NCBI GenBank assembly: GCA_965661285.1
Contig: CBFIDD010000004.1
Coordinates: 32,001-96,000 of the forward strand
Direction of reading: 5' to 3'
DNA length: 64,000 nt
From: Poseidonia sp.
GTDB lineage: Archaea > Thermoplasmatota > Poseidoniia > Poseidoniales > Poseidoniaceae
A program made the translations under genes and the position numbers. The notes under the pieces are model-generated. The model did not search any database, was not told the origin of the DNA, and saw nothing but the letters and a program-made list of their open reading frames with translations. Below are positions 1-9,830 of the stretch, one piece after another; position 1 is the stretch's first letter; each line of letters opens with the position of its first letter.

Positions 1-1547
1 AACAGCAGCAGCCAGCCGTACGGTGCAAGCACGGCTACACCGGCCATGCTGGGCGAGGACCGCAGGACGGCGATGGCACCAAGACCAACCCACACCGCGC
101 CTTGCGATGCCAGAAGCAATCGGGCGTTGTCGCCACCGTCCTCAGCAGGGATGAGCAAGGTCAGCAACACCACGATGACCAGCGCCCCCATCCAAAGGAC
201 ATGGTCGGAAACATTGGCTTGGTGCGTAAGCAGCACGCCTCCGCACAGCAGCGACGTGATGGCGGCGAAGACGGCGTATTCTCCCAGTTCGAAGGGAAAG
301 GCCAACGACACCACGCCGGCATTGAGCAGGGCCAATGCGGCGATGAGGAAGGGCATCGGCGCCAAAACGAACGGCATGAGTCGAGTCCACGGTACCCCTC
401 GTACCACAAGGTAGGACGAGGTGAACGCCAGTGTGAGGAGCATCAACTGCGCCAACGCATACCCCGTCTCCGCTCGGTGGGCTGCAATGGCCATCAGGGC
501 GCCCACCATGCCCAAGGAAACCGAAACCGCCCACAAACCGGGCTTCCCCAAACCGATGGCATGAACGGCCTGGCTGAGCCAATTCTCGTGATGAACAAAC
601 GCGGCGGCCATGGCGGCGTTGGCGGCGGTGACCACGCTGAGCAAGAGGAAGAGGGTCAGGTCGTTTTCGATGGGCAACAGGGTCAACGAAAGGAGGCTCC
701 AATCATCGGAGAGTGCGTGAACGCCCACCCAGAGGTAGGACATGGAGATGCCAAGACTGGCGAGATTGCCTGAGGACCGAAGCAGCGCGAGGCCGTGCAT
801 GAGCGCCATGGCCATGACGATGAGAACGGCAATGCCAAGTTCCCCGTAAACGGCTCCTGCTGAGCTGCCGATGGCAAATAGCACGAGTGCGGATTGTGCG
901 GCCACAGCGTCCTCATCATGGCGAAACGCCAGACCGACGTTGACGCCAACCAGCCCCAGCATGAGGCCGCCAAGCACCTGGCTTTCTGGAATCCCAGCAC
1001 CATCCAGCCACCCCCAACGCCATGCATCCAGCGCCAACCCGTAAAGCAATTTCATGGAGATGATGACCCACGTGATGCCCAGCAGGTGCATGTTCGGTCG
1101 TTGTATCCACCGCTCACCCAAATACAGGCCAACGCCAGCCATGACCAACAAGCCCAGACCGCCCAACACCGGCGGCAGCACCGTACCCACAAGCGCCCCG
1201 ATGGCCGTCCAAACCACAACCATGGTCAACGCAAGGCCCTTGCCAATCGTCTGCTCTGCGTGGACCGCCAGTTGTGTTGTCGCATCGGAGGTGGGTTCCG
1301 TTGAGGTCTCGAGAGTGAACAGTGCTCGAACCTCACCCACGGCGGCATCGTGAGGCTCGGGGTGTGCAGGGGCGTGGGGCACCTCTTCGGGCTGATCGCT
1401 TTGTTCAACCGGCGCCGATTCTTCCTTCGGCGAGCCGAGCATGAACGAGTCAAGATTGAGGCCTTGGGGGCGTTTGAAGTTCTGCTCTCGGAGAACATCG
1501 TCCTCCTCTTGGAGGGACTGGGTTTGCTTGTCAGCCTCCTCCTCCAT
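1..1547 (-). CDS. Large polytopic membrane protein, N-terminal part (runs off the left edge)
   Basis: Manual minus-strand translation gives MEEEADKQ..., an acidic disordered N-terminus, then many hydrophobic segments (GLALTMVVVWTAIGALVG..., LLGITWVIISMKLLYG...). It is absent from the ORF track, presumably because no stop lies in the window. An alternative ATG is at 1592. Confidence 0.75.
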   Translation of the reverse strand, partial: MEEEADKQTQSLQEEDDVLREQNFKRPQGLNLDSFMLGSPKEESAPVEQSDQPEEVPHAPAHPEPHDAAVGEVRALFTLETSTEPTSDATTQLAVHAEQTIGKGLALTMVVVWTAIGALVGTVLPPVLGGLGLLVMAGVGLYLGERWIQRPNMHLLGITWVIISMKLLYGLALDAWRWGWLDGAGIPESQVLGGLMLGLVGVNVGLAFRHDEDAVAAQSALVLFAIGSSAGAVYGELGIAVLIVMAMALMHGLALLRSSGNLASLGISMSYLWVGVHALSDDWSLLSLTLLPIENDLTLFLLLSVVTAANAAMAAAFVHHENWLSQAVHAIGLGKPGLWAVSVSLGMVGALMAIAAHRAETGYALAQLMLLTLAFTSSYLVVRGVPWTRLMPFVLAPMPFLIAALALLNAGVVSLAFPFELGEYAVFAAITSLLCGGVLLTHQANVSDHVLWMGALVIVVLLTLLIPAEDGGDNARLLLASQGAVWVGLGAIAVLRSSPSMAGVAVLAPYGWLLL

Positions 1548-1696
1548 GGTGGGTTCCTCGCCTTGTTTGACTTGAAGTTGACCGACACCCATTTCCACAA
1601 ACTCCGGTTTTCACCCAAAAGAACCCTTGCCCGAACCCCTCGGGCATCTTGTGATTCAGCCAAAAGGGACAAAGAGGAGCGGCAGAAACGCTCGGC

Positions 1697-3298
1697 ATGG
1701 GCGGCATTGTCGGTACCCCCTCCGGGGACCTTGAAAACACTGGAATTTCACCGAGTGGAAGCGTGTATTGGAACCTGCCTGCAAAGGAGTTGATCGCCCT
1801 TGCGGTCGAGCGTGGTGAAGGTGTTTTGAGCGCTCACGGAGCCCTGGTCACCGAAACCGGTGAGCGAACCGGCCGTTCCCCCAACGACAAGTACATCGTC
1901 GACGAACCTTCGGTTTCCAACGATATCAACTGGGGTGAAGTCAACGTCTCAACCGACCTTGACACCTTTACCCGGATGCGAGCCAAGGTGATTGACTTCC
2001 TCTCAAAGCAAAACGCTCTCTTTGTCCAGGACCTTTACTGCGGTGCTGATTTTTCAGAAGCCCTGCCCATCCGTGTGGTCAACCACAACGCCTGGCACAA
2101 CACCTTCGCTCGAAACATGTTCATCCGCCCCGATGCTGAACAACTCGCCAAGCACGAGCCGGAATTCACCGTCCTCCACGCACCGCATTTTGAGGCCGAT
2201 GCCGAGAGCGACGGTCTGAATTCACAATGCTTCGTTATCGTCAATTACGCAGCCAAAGAGGTCATCATCGGCGGTACCCGCTACGCAGGTGAAATCAAGA
2301 AGTCCATCTTCTCAGTCATGAACCTCATTCTGCCCAAGAAGGGCATTCTCCCCATGCACTGTTCAGCCAACACCACCGGTGAAAACACGGCGATTTTCTT
2401 CGGTCTCTCCGGCACGGGGAAGACCACGCTTTCCGCCGACCCAAAGCGCGCCCTCATCGGCGACGACGAACACGGCTGGGGTGCCAACGGCGTGTTCAAC
2501 TTCGAAGGCGGTTGCTACGCCAAGCTCATCGACCTCTCGGAAGAAGACGAGCCGGCCATCTTCGCCACCACCCGCAAGCACGGTACGGTGCTCGAAAACA
2601 TCGTGCTCGACAGCGAGGGTGTGCCCGATTTCCACGACACGTCAAAGACGCAAAACACACGCGGCTCCTACCCCATTGAGTTCATCGACAACCGCACCGC
2701 CGATTCCAAAGGCGGCCACCCGCAGAACGTCATCTTCCTGACCTGCGACGCCTTCGGTGTTCTTCCACCCATTTCCCGCCTGACACCCTCACAGGCTGCC
2801 TACCACTTCATCTCTGGCTACACCGCCAAGGTCGCCGGCACCGAAGTTGGCGTGAAAGAACCCCAAGCGACCTTCTCGGCCTGCTTTGGTGAACCGTTCA
2901 TGCCCATGCATCCCGGCGTGTACGCCGACCTGCTCTCTGAGAAGATGGACCAACACGGTTCAACGGCTTGGCTCATCAACACCGGTTGGTCCGGTGGCGC
3001 CTACGGCGAAGGCAATCGAATGAAGATCAAATACACCCGAGCCATGCTCAACGCTGCCCTTGACGGCGACTTGGACGGTGTTGATTTCATCACCGACCAG
3101 CGCTTTGGCTTCGAGGTCCCCACATCCTGCCCGGGCGTGCCTGCTGAGGTGCTCCAGCCCAAGTCGACATGGTCGGACGGCGAGGCCTACGACGCCACCG
3201 CCGACAAGTTGGCCTCGATGTTCAACGAGAACTTCAAGCGCTACGAAGCCGGTGTTTCCGCAGAGGTTAACGCTGCTGCGCCTGCCCCGTTGGCGTGA
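1697..3298 (+). CDS. pckA: Phosphoenolpyruvate carboxykinase (ATP)
   Basis: Motifs TGRSPNDK, YAGEIKKSIF, MHCSAN, FGLSGTGKTTLS, IGDDEHGW, FEGGCYAK. Confidence 0.97.
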   Translation: MGGIVGTPSGDLENTGISPSGSVYWNLPAKELIALAVERGEGVLSAHGALVTETGERTGRSPNDKYIVDEPSVSNDINWGEVNVSTDLDTFTRMRAKVIDFLSKQNALFVQDLYCGADFSEALPIRVVNHNAWHNTFARNMFIRPDAEQLAKHEPEFTVLHAPHFEADAESDGLNSQCFVIVNYAAKEVIIGGTRYAGEIKKSIFSVMNLILPKKGILPMHCSANTTGENTAIFFGLSGTGKTTLSADPKRALIGDDEHGWGANGVFNFEGGCYAKLIDLSEEDEPAIFATTRKHGTVLENIVLDSEGVPDFHDTSKTQNTRGSYPIEFIDNRTADSKGGHPQNVIFLTCDAFGVLPPISRLTPSQAAYHFISGYTAKVAGTEVGVKEPQATFSACFGEPFMPMHPGVYADLLSEKMDQHGSTAWLINTGWSGGAYGEGNRMKIKYTRAMLNAALDGDLDGVDFITDQRFGFEVPTSCPGVPAEVLQPKSTWSDGEAYDATADKLASMFNENFKRYEAGVSAEVNAAAPAPLA

Positions 3299-4769
3299 GG
3301 CCGTCCAAGAGGCGACGAAGCACCGGGATGTTGGTTCGGTCGCTGTCGTCAAGGGCGAGTTCTGCTTGAACCATGGACGTGTTCAGCGCCTCATGCCGCT
3401 CATCGTCTCCCGCTATGACCGCGCATTCCATCGCTTCGTCAAAGAGTTCAATCGCGAGTTCCGGTCGGTCGATGGCCAAGAGGGCTTTTCCCGTACGCTC
3501 CAGCATGTTCGAGCCTTCAGTGGGGTTCTCAAGCAATCGTGAAGAGGCTTTGGTGACCCACGAGGCCGCCGTGTCAGCGTCTCCCGTGAGGGACGCCGCA
3601 ATAGCGGACAACACCATGGGTGGAACCGCATGAGATGCCTCCGTTGTCGGTTGATTGGCGGCCGTGGTGAAGAGGTCCAACGCCTTTGGTTCATCCCCGC
3701 CTTGCAGCGCAAGCATACCCAACCTTCGCATGGCTTTGCATTCTGAACCAACATCATCGACCAGCGTCGCCAGATGAAGCGCGCGAGCAAGATGGCGCCG
3801 CGCGTGTTGATATTGGCCGGCCATGCGCGCCATGAGTCCAAGCGCTGATTCCGTTCGCAGGAAACTCCCTGCCATGGCGCGATGGGCTATTTCCGCTTGC
3901 TCCTCGCCCAGAGGGGCCAGTCCCATACCGACCTCTTCCATGACATCGGTCAGCAAGGCCGATGTGGCCTCGATGGCCTCCGGAAGCCGGTCATCTGCCG
4001 CTGTTCTCAAGGTCGAAAGATGGACGTCCAACTTTGAAACAGGAGCACAGATTTCTGCGAGTTCACCTAGGGTCTCCAATCGCTTGGGCTTAATCTTGTA
4101 GCCCCGAATCACCCGGGTGAGGTCGGCGATTCGACGGCGTTCAAGACGTTCTGCGTCTTCTTCATCGTCGTCGAGCGCATGGCTCGATGCGAGCAAAGAG
4201 TCCACCATCCAGGTTAATTTTCGCTGGACGTCGTATTCGCTGCGTCGACTGATAGCGTACTTCATCTCCGCCGCGCGAACCTGGCGAGAGAGGCTTCGGA
4301 ACCTGGCATCTCGGCCAGCATCGGGTGCCTCTGCAACCAATCGCTGGAGGAACGTGGAAGGCGGGCAGGTCTCGAAGCGCAATCCTGTGCGCTCAGCCGT
4401 GGTGGTCATCTTGAAATCGTCCGAAACCAGAACGATGTCGCTGCTTTCTGCGCCCAAGCTGTCGGCGAGCACCATCAAGGACAAATCCACATCTTGCGGG
4501 GCTGCCGATTCTCCGATCCGTTGGGCCAGCGCGCGCACATCATGCTCGTCCACGGGGATGGAGTGGAGCATGGCGTCAAGCGCTTTGAGCAAATTTGGAC
4601 GGCCTTCGCAGCGACGCAGGGCGACCGTTGCCACCTCGTTTTCCACGCCCGGCGTGATGAGCAATTTTCGCCCCCGGAGCACGGCGTTGAGGTCTTCAAC
4701 AAATCCATCTTCGGCTTTCTGACCGAGGTGGATAAAACAGTTTGAATCGACCACCCAAACAGAACCCAT
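3267..4769 (-). CDS. PIN-domain protein with C-terminal TPR-like helical region
   Basis: N-terminal VVDSNCF, ITPGVENE, QDVDLSL and LVSDDFKM match PIN acidic motifs. The C-terminal half has TPR-like A/L/G helices. Confidence 0.7.
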   Translation of the reverse strand: MGSVWVVDSNCFIHLGQKAEDGFVEDLNAVLRGRKLLITPGVENEVATVALRRCEGRPNLLKALDAMLHSIPVDEHDVRALAQRIGESAAPQDVDLSLMVLADSLGAESSDIVLVSDDFKMTTTAERTGLRFETCPPSTFLQRLVAEAPDAGRDARFRSLSRQVRAAEMKYAISRRSEYDVQRKLTWMVDSLLASSHALDDDEEDAERLERRRIADLTRVIRGYKIKPKRLETLGELAEICAPVSKLDVHLSTLRTAADDRLPEAIEATSALLTDVMEEVGMGLAPLGEEQAEIAHRAMAGSFLRTESALGLMARMAGQYQHARRHLARALHLATLVDDVGSECKAMRRLGMLALQGGDEPKALDLFTTAANQPTTEASHAVPPMVLSAIAASLTGDADTAASWVTKASSRLLENPTEGSNMLERTGKALLAIDRPELAIELFDEAMECAVIAGDDERHEALNTSMVQAELALDDSDRTNIPVLRRLLDGLTPTGQAQQR

Positions 4770-4813
4770 GGTCCCAGTGTGGCGCTCTCAAATCATGATG
4801 TTTGCGCCAACGC

Positions 4814-6298
4814 TCATCGGTCGTCTCGGCGGGGTTGGCGACGATTCGAGCGGTTTGAGGAGCGGCGATTGGACGCATTTGATCGGCCCTGCTGCTTTCC
4901 GCGGCGACCTCCAGGTGGTTGAGGTGGACGGCCGGATGAAGGGCGATTCGGCTGGTCGCTTCGTTGACCTCGTTGGGGCCGATTGTTCTGCTGGCGGCCT
5001 TGTCCGGAGGATCGGTTGTTGCGTTGTTGTTGCTCATTTCGCTTCTCCCCCCCTCGGTTGTAGCGACGCATGTTTCGGCCTCGACCCGTTCCTCGCTTTG
5101 AGCGCCCACCCACAGGTGAGCCCTTGACGCGCCCGGGTTTCTGTCCGGGTTTGGGCCGGGCTTTCTCAAAGTGATAGGGTTGGTCTTCCAGCACCTCAAT
5201 GTCGTGGCCCAAAAGACGCTGAATGCCGACGAGGTAGCCGGATTCTGTTTCGTCGCAGAAGGCGTAAGCAAGGCCTTCTCTCCCTGCACGGGCCGTTCGA
5301 CCGATGCGGTGAATGTAGACCTCGGGTTCGTTGGGCAAGTCGAAATTGAACACGTGGGTGATGTCCTCGACGTCAATACCACGACTGGCGATATCGGTGG
5401 CCACCAACACAAACACCTCGCCGTCCTTGAACCGCTTCAGCGCTCGCGTACGTGCCGTCTGGCTTTTGTCCCCGTGAATGGAATCCGCAGGAATGCCCAC
5501 CTTGTCCAGTTGTTTCGCAAGTCGGTTGGCGCCGTGTTTGGTGCGCGTGAACACGATGCCGCACGAGACCATTTGACCTTCCAGCAAATCGATGAGGAGC
5601 TCGCGCTTGTCCTGCTTGCGAACGAAGGAAACATACTGCTCAATGCGGTCGGTCGTCGGCGCTTCGGGGCTGATGTCAACGCTGACGGGTTGATAGAGCA
5701 TCTCGTTCGCAAGCGTTCCGATGGCTTTGGGCATCGTTGCGCTGAACATCAAGTTCTGACGGCGCTTTGGCATCAAACGAAGAATGCGTTCGACATCTTT
5801 GCTGAATCCCATGTCGAGCATGCGGTCCGCTTCGTCAAGCACGAAATGTTGGATCTCGCTCAAATCGACGTGGCCTTGGTTGTGCAGGTCAAGAAGTCGG
5901 CCGGGTGTTGCGACCAAGATGTCGACGCCGCGTCGCAGCGCCTTCACCTGCGGCGATTGCCCGACGCCGCCGAAGATGACGGTGGAGTACAACGGAAGAT
6001 GCCGTCCATAGACACGCAGGCGCTCCCCGATTTGTGCCGCTAATTCCCGAGTAGGGGTCAGCATGAGCGCACGAATGGGCCGGCCACGACCGGGTTTCTC
6101 TGCCCCGAGGTGGTGGAGGATGGGGAGCGAAAACGCCGCCGTTTTGCCCGTGCCTGTCTGGGCGATGCCCATCACGTCTCGGCCGTCCATGAGCGCCGGG
6201 ATGGTCTGCTCCTGAACGGGCGTAGGCGTTTGGTAGCCTTCGGCTTCAAGAGCCTCGAGTATGCGTTCGTCAAGGTTGAGTTCGGTGAAGGTTGTCAT
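4814..6298 (-). CDS. rhlE: DEAD-box RNA helicase (RhlE-like)
   Basis: Q motif PTPVQ, AQTGTGKT, PTRELA, DEAD, SAT, HRIGRTAR, and an R/G/Q/N-rich disordered tail. Confidence 0.93.
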   Translation of the reverse strand: MTTFTELNLDERILEALEAEGYQTPTPVQEQTIPALMDGRDVMGIAQTGTGKTAAFSLPILHHLGAEKPGRGRPIRALMLTPTRELAAQIGERLRVYGRHLPLYSTVIFGGVGQSPQVKALRRGVDILVATPGRLLDLHNQGHVDLSEIQHFVLDEADRMLDMGFSKDVERILRLMPKRRQNLMFSATMPKAIGTLANEMLYQPVSVDISPEAPTTDRIEQYVSFVRKQDKRELLIDLLEGQMVSCGIVFTRTKHGANRLAKQLDKVGIPADSIHGDKSQTARTRALKRFKDGEVFVLVATDIASRGIDVEDITHVFNFDLPNEPEVYIHRIGRTARAGREGLAYAFCDETESGYLVGIQRLLGHDIEVLEDQPYHFEKARPKPGQKPGRVKGSPVGGRSKRGTGRGRNMRRYNRGGEKRNEQQQRNNRSSGQGRQQNNRPQRGQRSDQPNRPSSGRPPQPPGGRRGKQQGRSNASNRRSSNRSNRRQPRRDDR

Positions 6299-6659
6299 GT
6301 CAATGCCTCAAGGACGAACACCCCGGGACCAATGCCTTCGGACCAACCGTTCCGGTTCGTCGTCCAACCCATTCCCTATGAAGACCGAGGGTGCCTCCCC
6401 CGTCCACGCCAGCGTTCAAGCCAATTTTGGGAGTGGCGGGCCGCGGTATTGATGAGAAGTGCGTCGTTTTCCAACCATGAAGCGCTCCTCTGGATGTGAT
6501 GAAAAGCGCGTTTGCCTACTCGGGTCGCTGGATGGCAGAACACGGTGATTCCATTGGTGAACGCTACCAAAACGACTGCCAAGAACAACAGTATACGGCG
6601 TTGCGAGAAAAAATGATGATGTAAGCAACCTTTTTGAGAGTGGGCAAATACCTCCTATC

Positions 6660-7181
6660 ATGGCAAGGTGGGCTCTCATCCTCCTCGTCCTGACGGGGGC
6701 GCTCTCCACTGCTTCAGCCCACGGAGGAGAAGACGGCCTTCAGGAAGAACAGATTTCAAACAGCCAGGTCTTGTTGATTTCGGGCATCGGCGCACTGGTA
6801 CTTTGGCAATCGACCTCTGTCTTGGTCGGTGTTCGTGCAGACGGATTCTCACCGGTGATGGTTGCTTTGGCTGGGTATTCAAGCCTCGTTCATTTAATGC
6901 TTGGTCTGCAAGACACCTTGCTCCTGGCTGGTGGGGCCGGGTTGATGATTGGGCTTGTCGCTTTGGTCATGTTGGACCTTGGTGAACAACGGCACAGGTG
7001 GATTCAGCTCGCCATGGGAGCAGGTGTGCTCGTCATGTTCATCGGCTATTTTGCTTCCAATCATGAACTCCATGCCTTCCTTGAAGACCGGTTGGGCGTG
7101 ACAACAAAAATTGCAGAACTTGCCTTGCTCACCCTCCTGTATCGATCTCTTTTCAAGGGTCAAAAGCAGGCCATTGTATGA
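6660..7181 (+). CDS. Membrane protein with signal peptide and His residues
   Basis: Signal peptide ending ASA-HGG followed by about 5 hydrophobic segments. Confidence 0.65.
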   Translation: MARWALILLVLTGALSTASAHGGEDGLQEEQISNSQVLLISGIGALVLWQSTSVLVGVRADGFSPVMVALAGYSSLVHLMLGLQDTLLLAGGAGLMIGLVALVMLDLGEQRHRWIQLAMGAGVLVMFIGYFASNHELHAFLEDRLGVTTKIAELALLTLLYRSLFKGQKQAIV

Positions 7182-7192
7182 GGTGAGGAAAA

Positions 7193-7792
7193 ATGAGGCG
7201 GGGTTTGGTTTTGCTGGTGCTTGCAACCATGCTTTACATTCCAACCTCTCAAGTTGACGCCTCCTCTCACGGCATGGAAGGTTATTCTGAGATTGGATGC
7301 AACTGCCATGGTGAGACACCGGGTGAGAACGCCATGGTCACCATCACGGGCATTCCCAGTGTCTATCGCGCAGGAGAAACATACCCTCTCACCGTGGCCC
7401 TCTCCGGCGGCCCAGAAGTTGCCGAGCAAGGTCATCAAGGTGGCTTCAACCTGAAAGCCACAGCAGGAACTCTCCACCCGGTTGACGCCTCGACCCACGT
7501 CATGGATTCTGGAGAGATCACGCACGAGCATGCCGGTGCGAATCAACGATCATGGGTGGTGCAATGGGAGGCTCCAGTGAGCGATGCTGCAGTTGAATTC
7601 ACCGTGGCAGGAAACATCGCTGATGGCGACCACCAACCAACGGACGGGGACGATTGGGCTCTGGCTTTCTATTCTTCTATCGGACAAGAATTGAGTTTCT
7701 CTGACCTCGTGAGGTCACACTTTCCCAAGCTGCTGGCTATCTCCCTTTTTGTTGTCCCCACGGCCTTCTTGTTTTGGAAGAACAAGGCGTAA
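7193..7792 (+). CDS. Secreted Reeler/choice-of-anchor-V-like protein with CxCH motif and C-terminal anchor
   Basis: Signal peptide, GCNCHG, GIPSVYRAGETYPLTV, GGFNL, ITHE, W-x-V-x-W-x-AP, then a C-terminal TM helix and basic tail. Confidence 0.7.
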   Translation: MRRGLVLLVLATMLYIPTSQVDASSHGMEGYSEIGCNCHGETPGENAMVTITGIPSVYRAGETYPLTVALSGGPEVAEQGHQGGFNLKATAGTLHPVDASTHVMDSGEITHEHAGANQRSWVVQWEAPVSDAAVEFTVAGNIADGDHQPTDGDDWALAFYSSIGQELSFSDLVRSHFPKLLAISLFVVPTAFLFWKNKA

Positions 7793-7806
7793 GAAAGACA
7801 AGTGTG

Positions 7807-8259
7807 TCAGATTGAAATCTCGTCTGGCTGAGTTTTCGTGGAAAACCGTTCAACGTTGCCGTCGCTATCAATGAGAAACTTCTCGAAATTCCAACGCACA
7901 TCACCGGCTTCACGTCCTGCGACGGCGGTCTGGCACAGACGCTCGAAGAGCGGGAGACGGTTGGGTCCGTTCACGTCGATTTTGGCCATCAGCGGAAAGG
8001 AGACGTTGTATTTGGAGGCGGTGAAGTAGCAGATCTCCTGGTGAGTTCCGGGTTCTTGTGCGCCGAATTGATTGCAAGGAAAACCGACCACGGTCAGATC
8101 GTCGTGCTTCTCGTGAAGGTCTTGAAGGCCGGCGTATTGGGGCGTAGCGCCACAGTGGCTGGCGACGTTCACCACCAACCAGCGTCTTCCCCCAAGGGCT
8201 CGCAGCGTCGTTGTTTCGCCGCCCATCGTCGTGATGGGTTCGTCAAGGAGGTGGGTCAT
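7807..8259 (-). CDS. Glutathione peroxidase family protein (Cys type)
   Basis: VNVASHCG, GFPCNQFGAQEPG, WNFEKFL. Confidence 0.95.
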   Translation of the reverse strand: MTHLLDEPITTMGGETTTLRALGGRRWLVVNVASHCGATPQYAGLQDLHEKHDDLTVVGFPCNQFGAQEPGTHQEICYFTASKYNVSFPLMAKIDVNGPNRLPLFERLCQTAVAGREAGDVRWNFEKFLIDSDGNVERFSTKTQPDEISI

Positions 8260-8346
8260 GGATGTTCCTTTCTGCTCTCAATTATGAACATGTGCCTCGC
8301 CCCACGGCAGGCAAATCCTCTTCAAGTGCCGCTCCGTGGTCGGCCC

Positions 8347-8829
8347 ATGCAAGTCCTCATGGAAACAAGCGCAGGCAACATCACCATCGAACTCTTTCAC
8401 GGAAGCGCCCCCGATACCGTGGCGAATTTCGTCAAACTGGTGGAAATGGGTCATTACGACGGTTTGCATTTTCACCGCGTGATTGAAGATTTCATGATCC
8501 AAGGCGGCTGCCCCCACTCCAAAGATCCGATGTCCCGAAGAGCCGGTACCGGAGGCCCTGGCTGGCAAATCCCCTGCGAGCCTTCTGCTCTTGCCCTCAA
8601 GCACGACAAGCCCGGTGTGCTCTCCATGGCCAACGCTGGTCGAAACACCGGTGGCTCCCAATTCTTCCTCACCACGGTTCCCACGCCGTGGCTCAACGGC
8701 AACCACGCCGTGTTCGGTGCCGTCAGTGAAGGCATGGACGTCGTTCACACCATTGAGCGATGCCGAAAGCTCCCCGGCGACCGCCCCGCTGAGCCCCAAC
8801 AAATCATCCGCTGCACCGTCCTTGAGTGA
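8347..8829 (+). CDS. Cyclophilin-type peptidyl-prolyl cis-trans isomerase
   Basis: FHRVIEDFMIQGG, LSMANAGRNTGGSQFF, WLNGNHAVFG. Start placed at ATG 8347. Confidence 0.95.
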   Translation: MQVLMETSAGNITIELFHGSAPDTVANFVKLVEMGHYDGLHFHRVIEDFMIQGGCPHSKDPMSRRAGTGGPGWQIPCEPSALALKHDKPGVLSMANAGRNTGGSQFFLTTVPTPWLNGNHAVFGAVSEGMDVVHTIERCRKLPGDRPAEPQQIIRCTVLE

Positions 8830-8838
8830 GGTGAGCAC

Positions 8839-9789
8839 ATGGTCGTCCTCGCCGTGCACGGAGGTGCAGGTGGCGACGGCCCGTGGCGCGGCATGACCGA
8901 CGCTGACCCGCAACGCATGGCCTGCATGGAAGCACTGCTGAACGACCTCGGCGAACGCCTAAACACAGGAGAACTCGACGCACTTGAAGCGGTCACCCGG
9001 GCGGTGGAAGCGATGGAAAACGAACCGTTGTTCAACGCAGGATGCGGAGCAGTTCTGGATGAATGCGGCAAGGTGGGCATGGATGCAAGCATCATGCGAG
9101 GCGAAGACCAAGCAGCAGGCTCGGTCATCGGTTTGACGTCCACGCGACACCCCGTACGCGCAGCCCACCATCTCTTGAAGCAAGGCTGGCCCGTGATGTT
9201 AGCAGGTCAGCCGGGTGATGATTTTGCGAAGGCCTGCGGCGTTGAACAAATGGCGTCGACTTGGTTTGAAACCGATTTGCGACGAGCTCAATGGCAGAAA
9301 TGGAAAGCGCAGCGGCTTCGGCCTGGTGCCACCGATGAGGAGGACGCGCTGCTCGACCACGACGGCGACGAAGATGGATGGGGAACGGTTGGTGCGGTGG
9401 CCTTGGATGTGCACGGCCATGTCGCTGCAGCCACGTCCACCGGAGGCATGACGGGAAAACCGCTCGGCCGGGTGGGCGATACGCCCATCATCGGGGCTGG
9501 GACATGGGCGGACCCAAACATCGCCGTTTCGTGCACCGGCGTGGGAGAGGCGTTCATTCGCACCGTGGCGGCGCACGCCGTCGCTGTTCACCACCGCGCC
9601 GTCGGGTTGGAGGAAGCGGCGTTGAAGGTGCTTGAGGAGGTTGAGCCGCTCGGTGGGCGAGGTGGCCTCATCGCCGTGAATACGAACGGGGATGTCGTGA
9701 TGCCGTTTCAGACCATGCTGATGTACCGGGGCGTGTACAAGAATGGCGGAATTCACGTGGGCATTGGACCGGACATTCTTCAATCATAA
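8839..9789 (+). CDS. Isoaspartyl peptidase / L-asparaginase type 2 (Ntn hydrolase)
   Basis: AVHGGAG, FNAGCG, MDASIM, GTVGAVALD, AATSTGG, GRVGDTP. RBS GAGGTGA lies upstream. Confidence 0.93.
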   Translation: MVVLAVHGGAGGDGPWRGMTDADPQRMACMEALLNDLGERLNTGELDALEAVTRAVEAMENEPLFNAGCGAVLDECGKVGMDASIMRGEDQAAGSVIGLTSTRHPVRAAHHLLKQGWPVMLAGQPGDDFAKACGVEQMASTWFETDLRRAQWQKWKAQRLRPGATDEEDALLDHDGDEDGWGTVGAVALDVHGHVAAATSTGGMTGKPLGRVGDTPIIGAGTWADPNIAVSCTGVGEAFIRTVAAHAVAVHHRAVGLEEAALKVLEEVEPLGGRGGLIAVNTNGDVVMPFQTMLMYRGVYKNGGIHVGIGPDILQS

Positions 9790-9830
9790 ACGCCCCTAAG
9801 TTCATGACCTGTTGAGCATGCCAAAGAGGC

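Noticed and set aside
8140-8175. Possible selenocysteine in the glutathione peroxidase
   Set aside because: The active-site codon is TGT (Cys), with no in-frame TGA.
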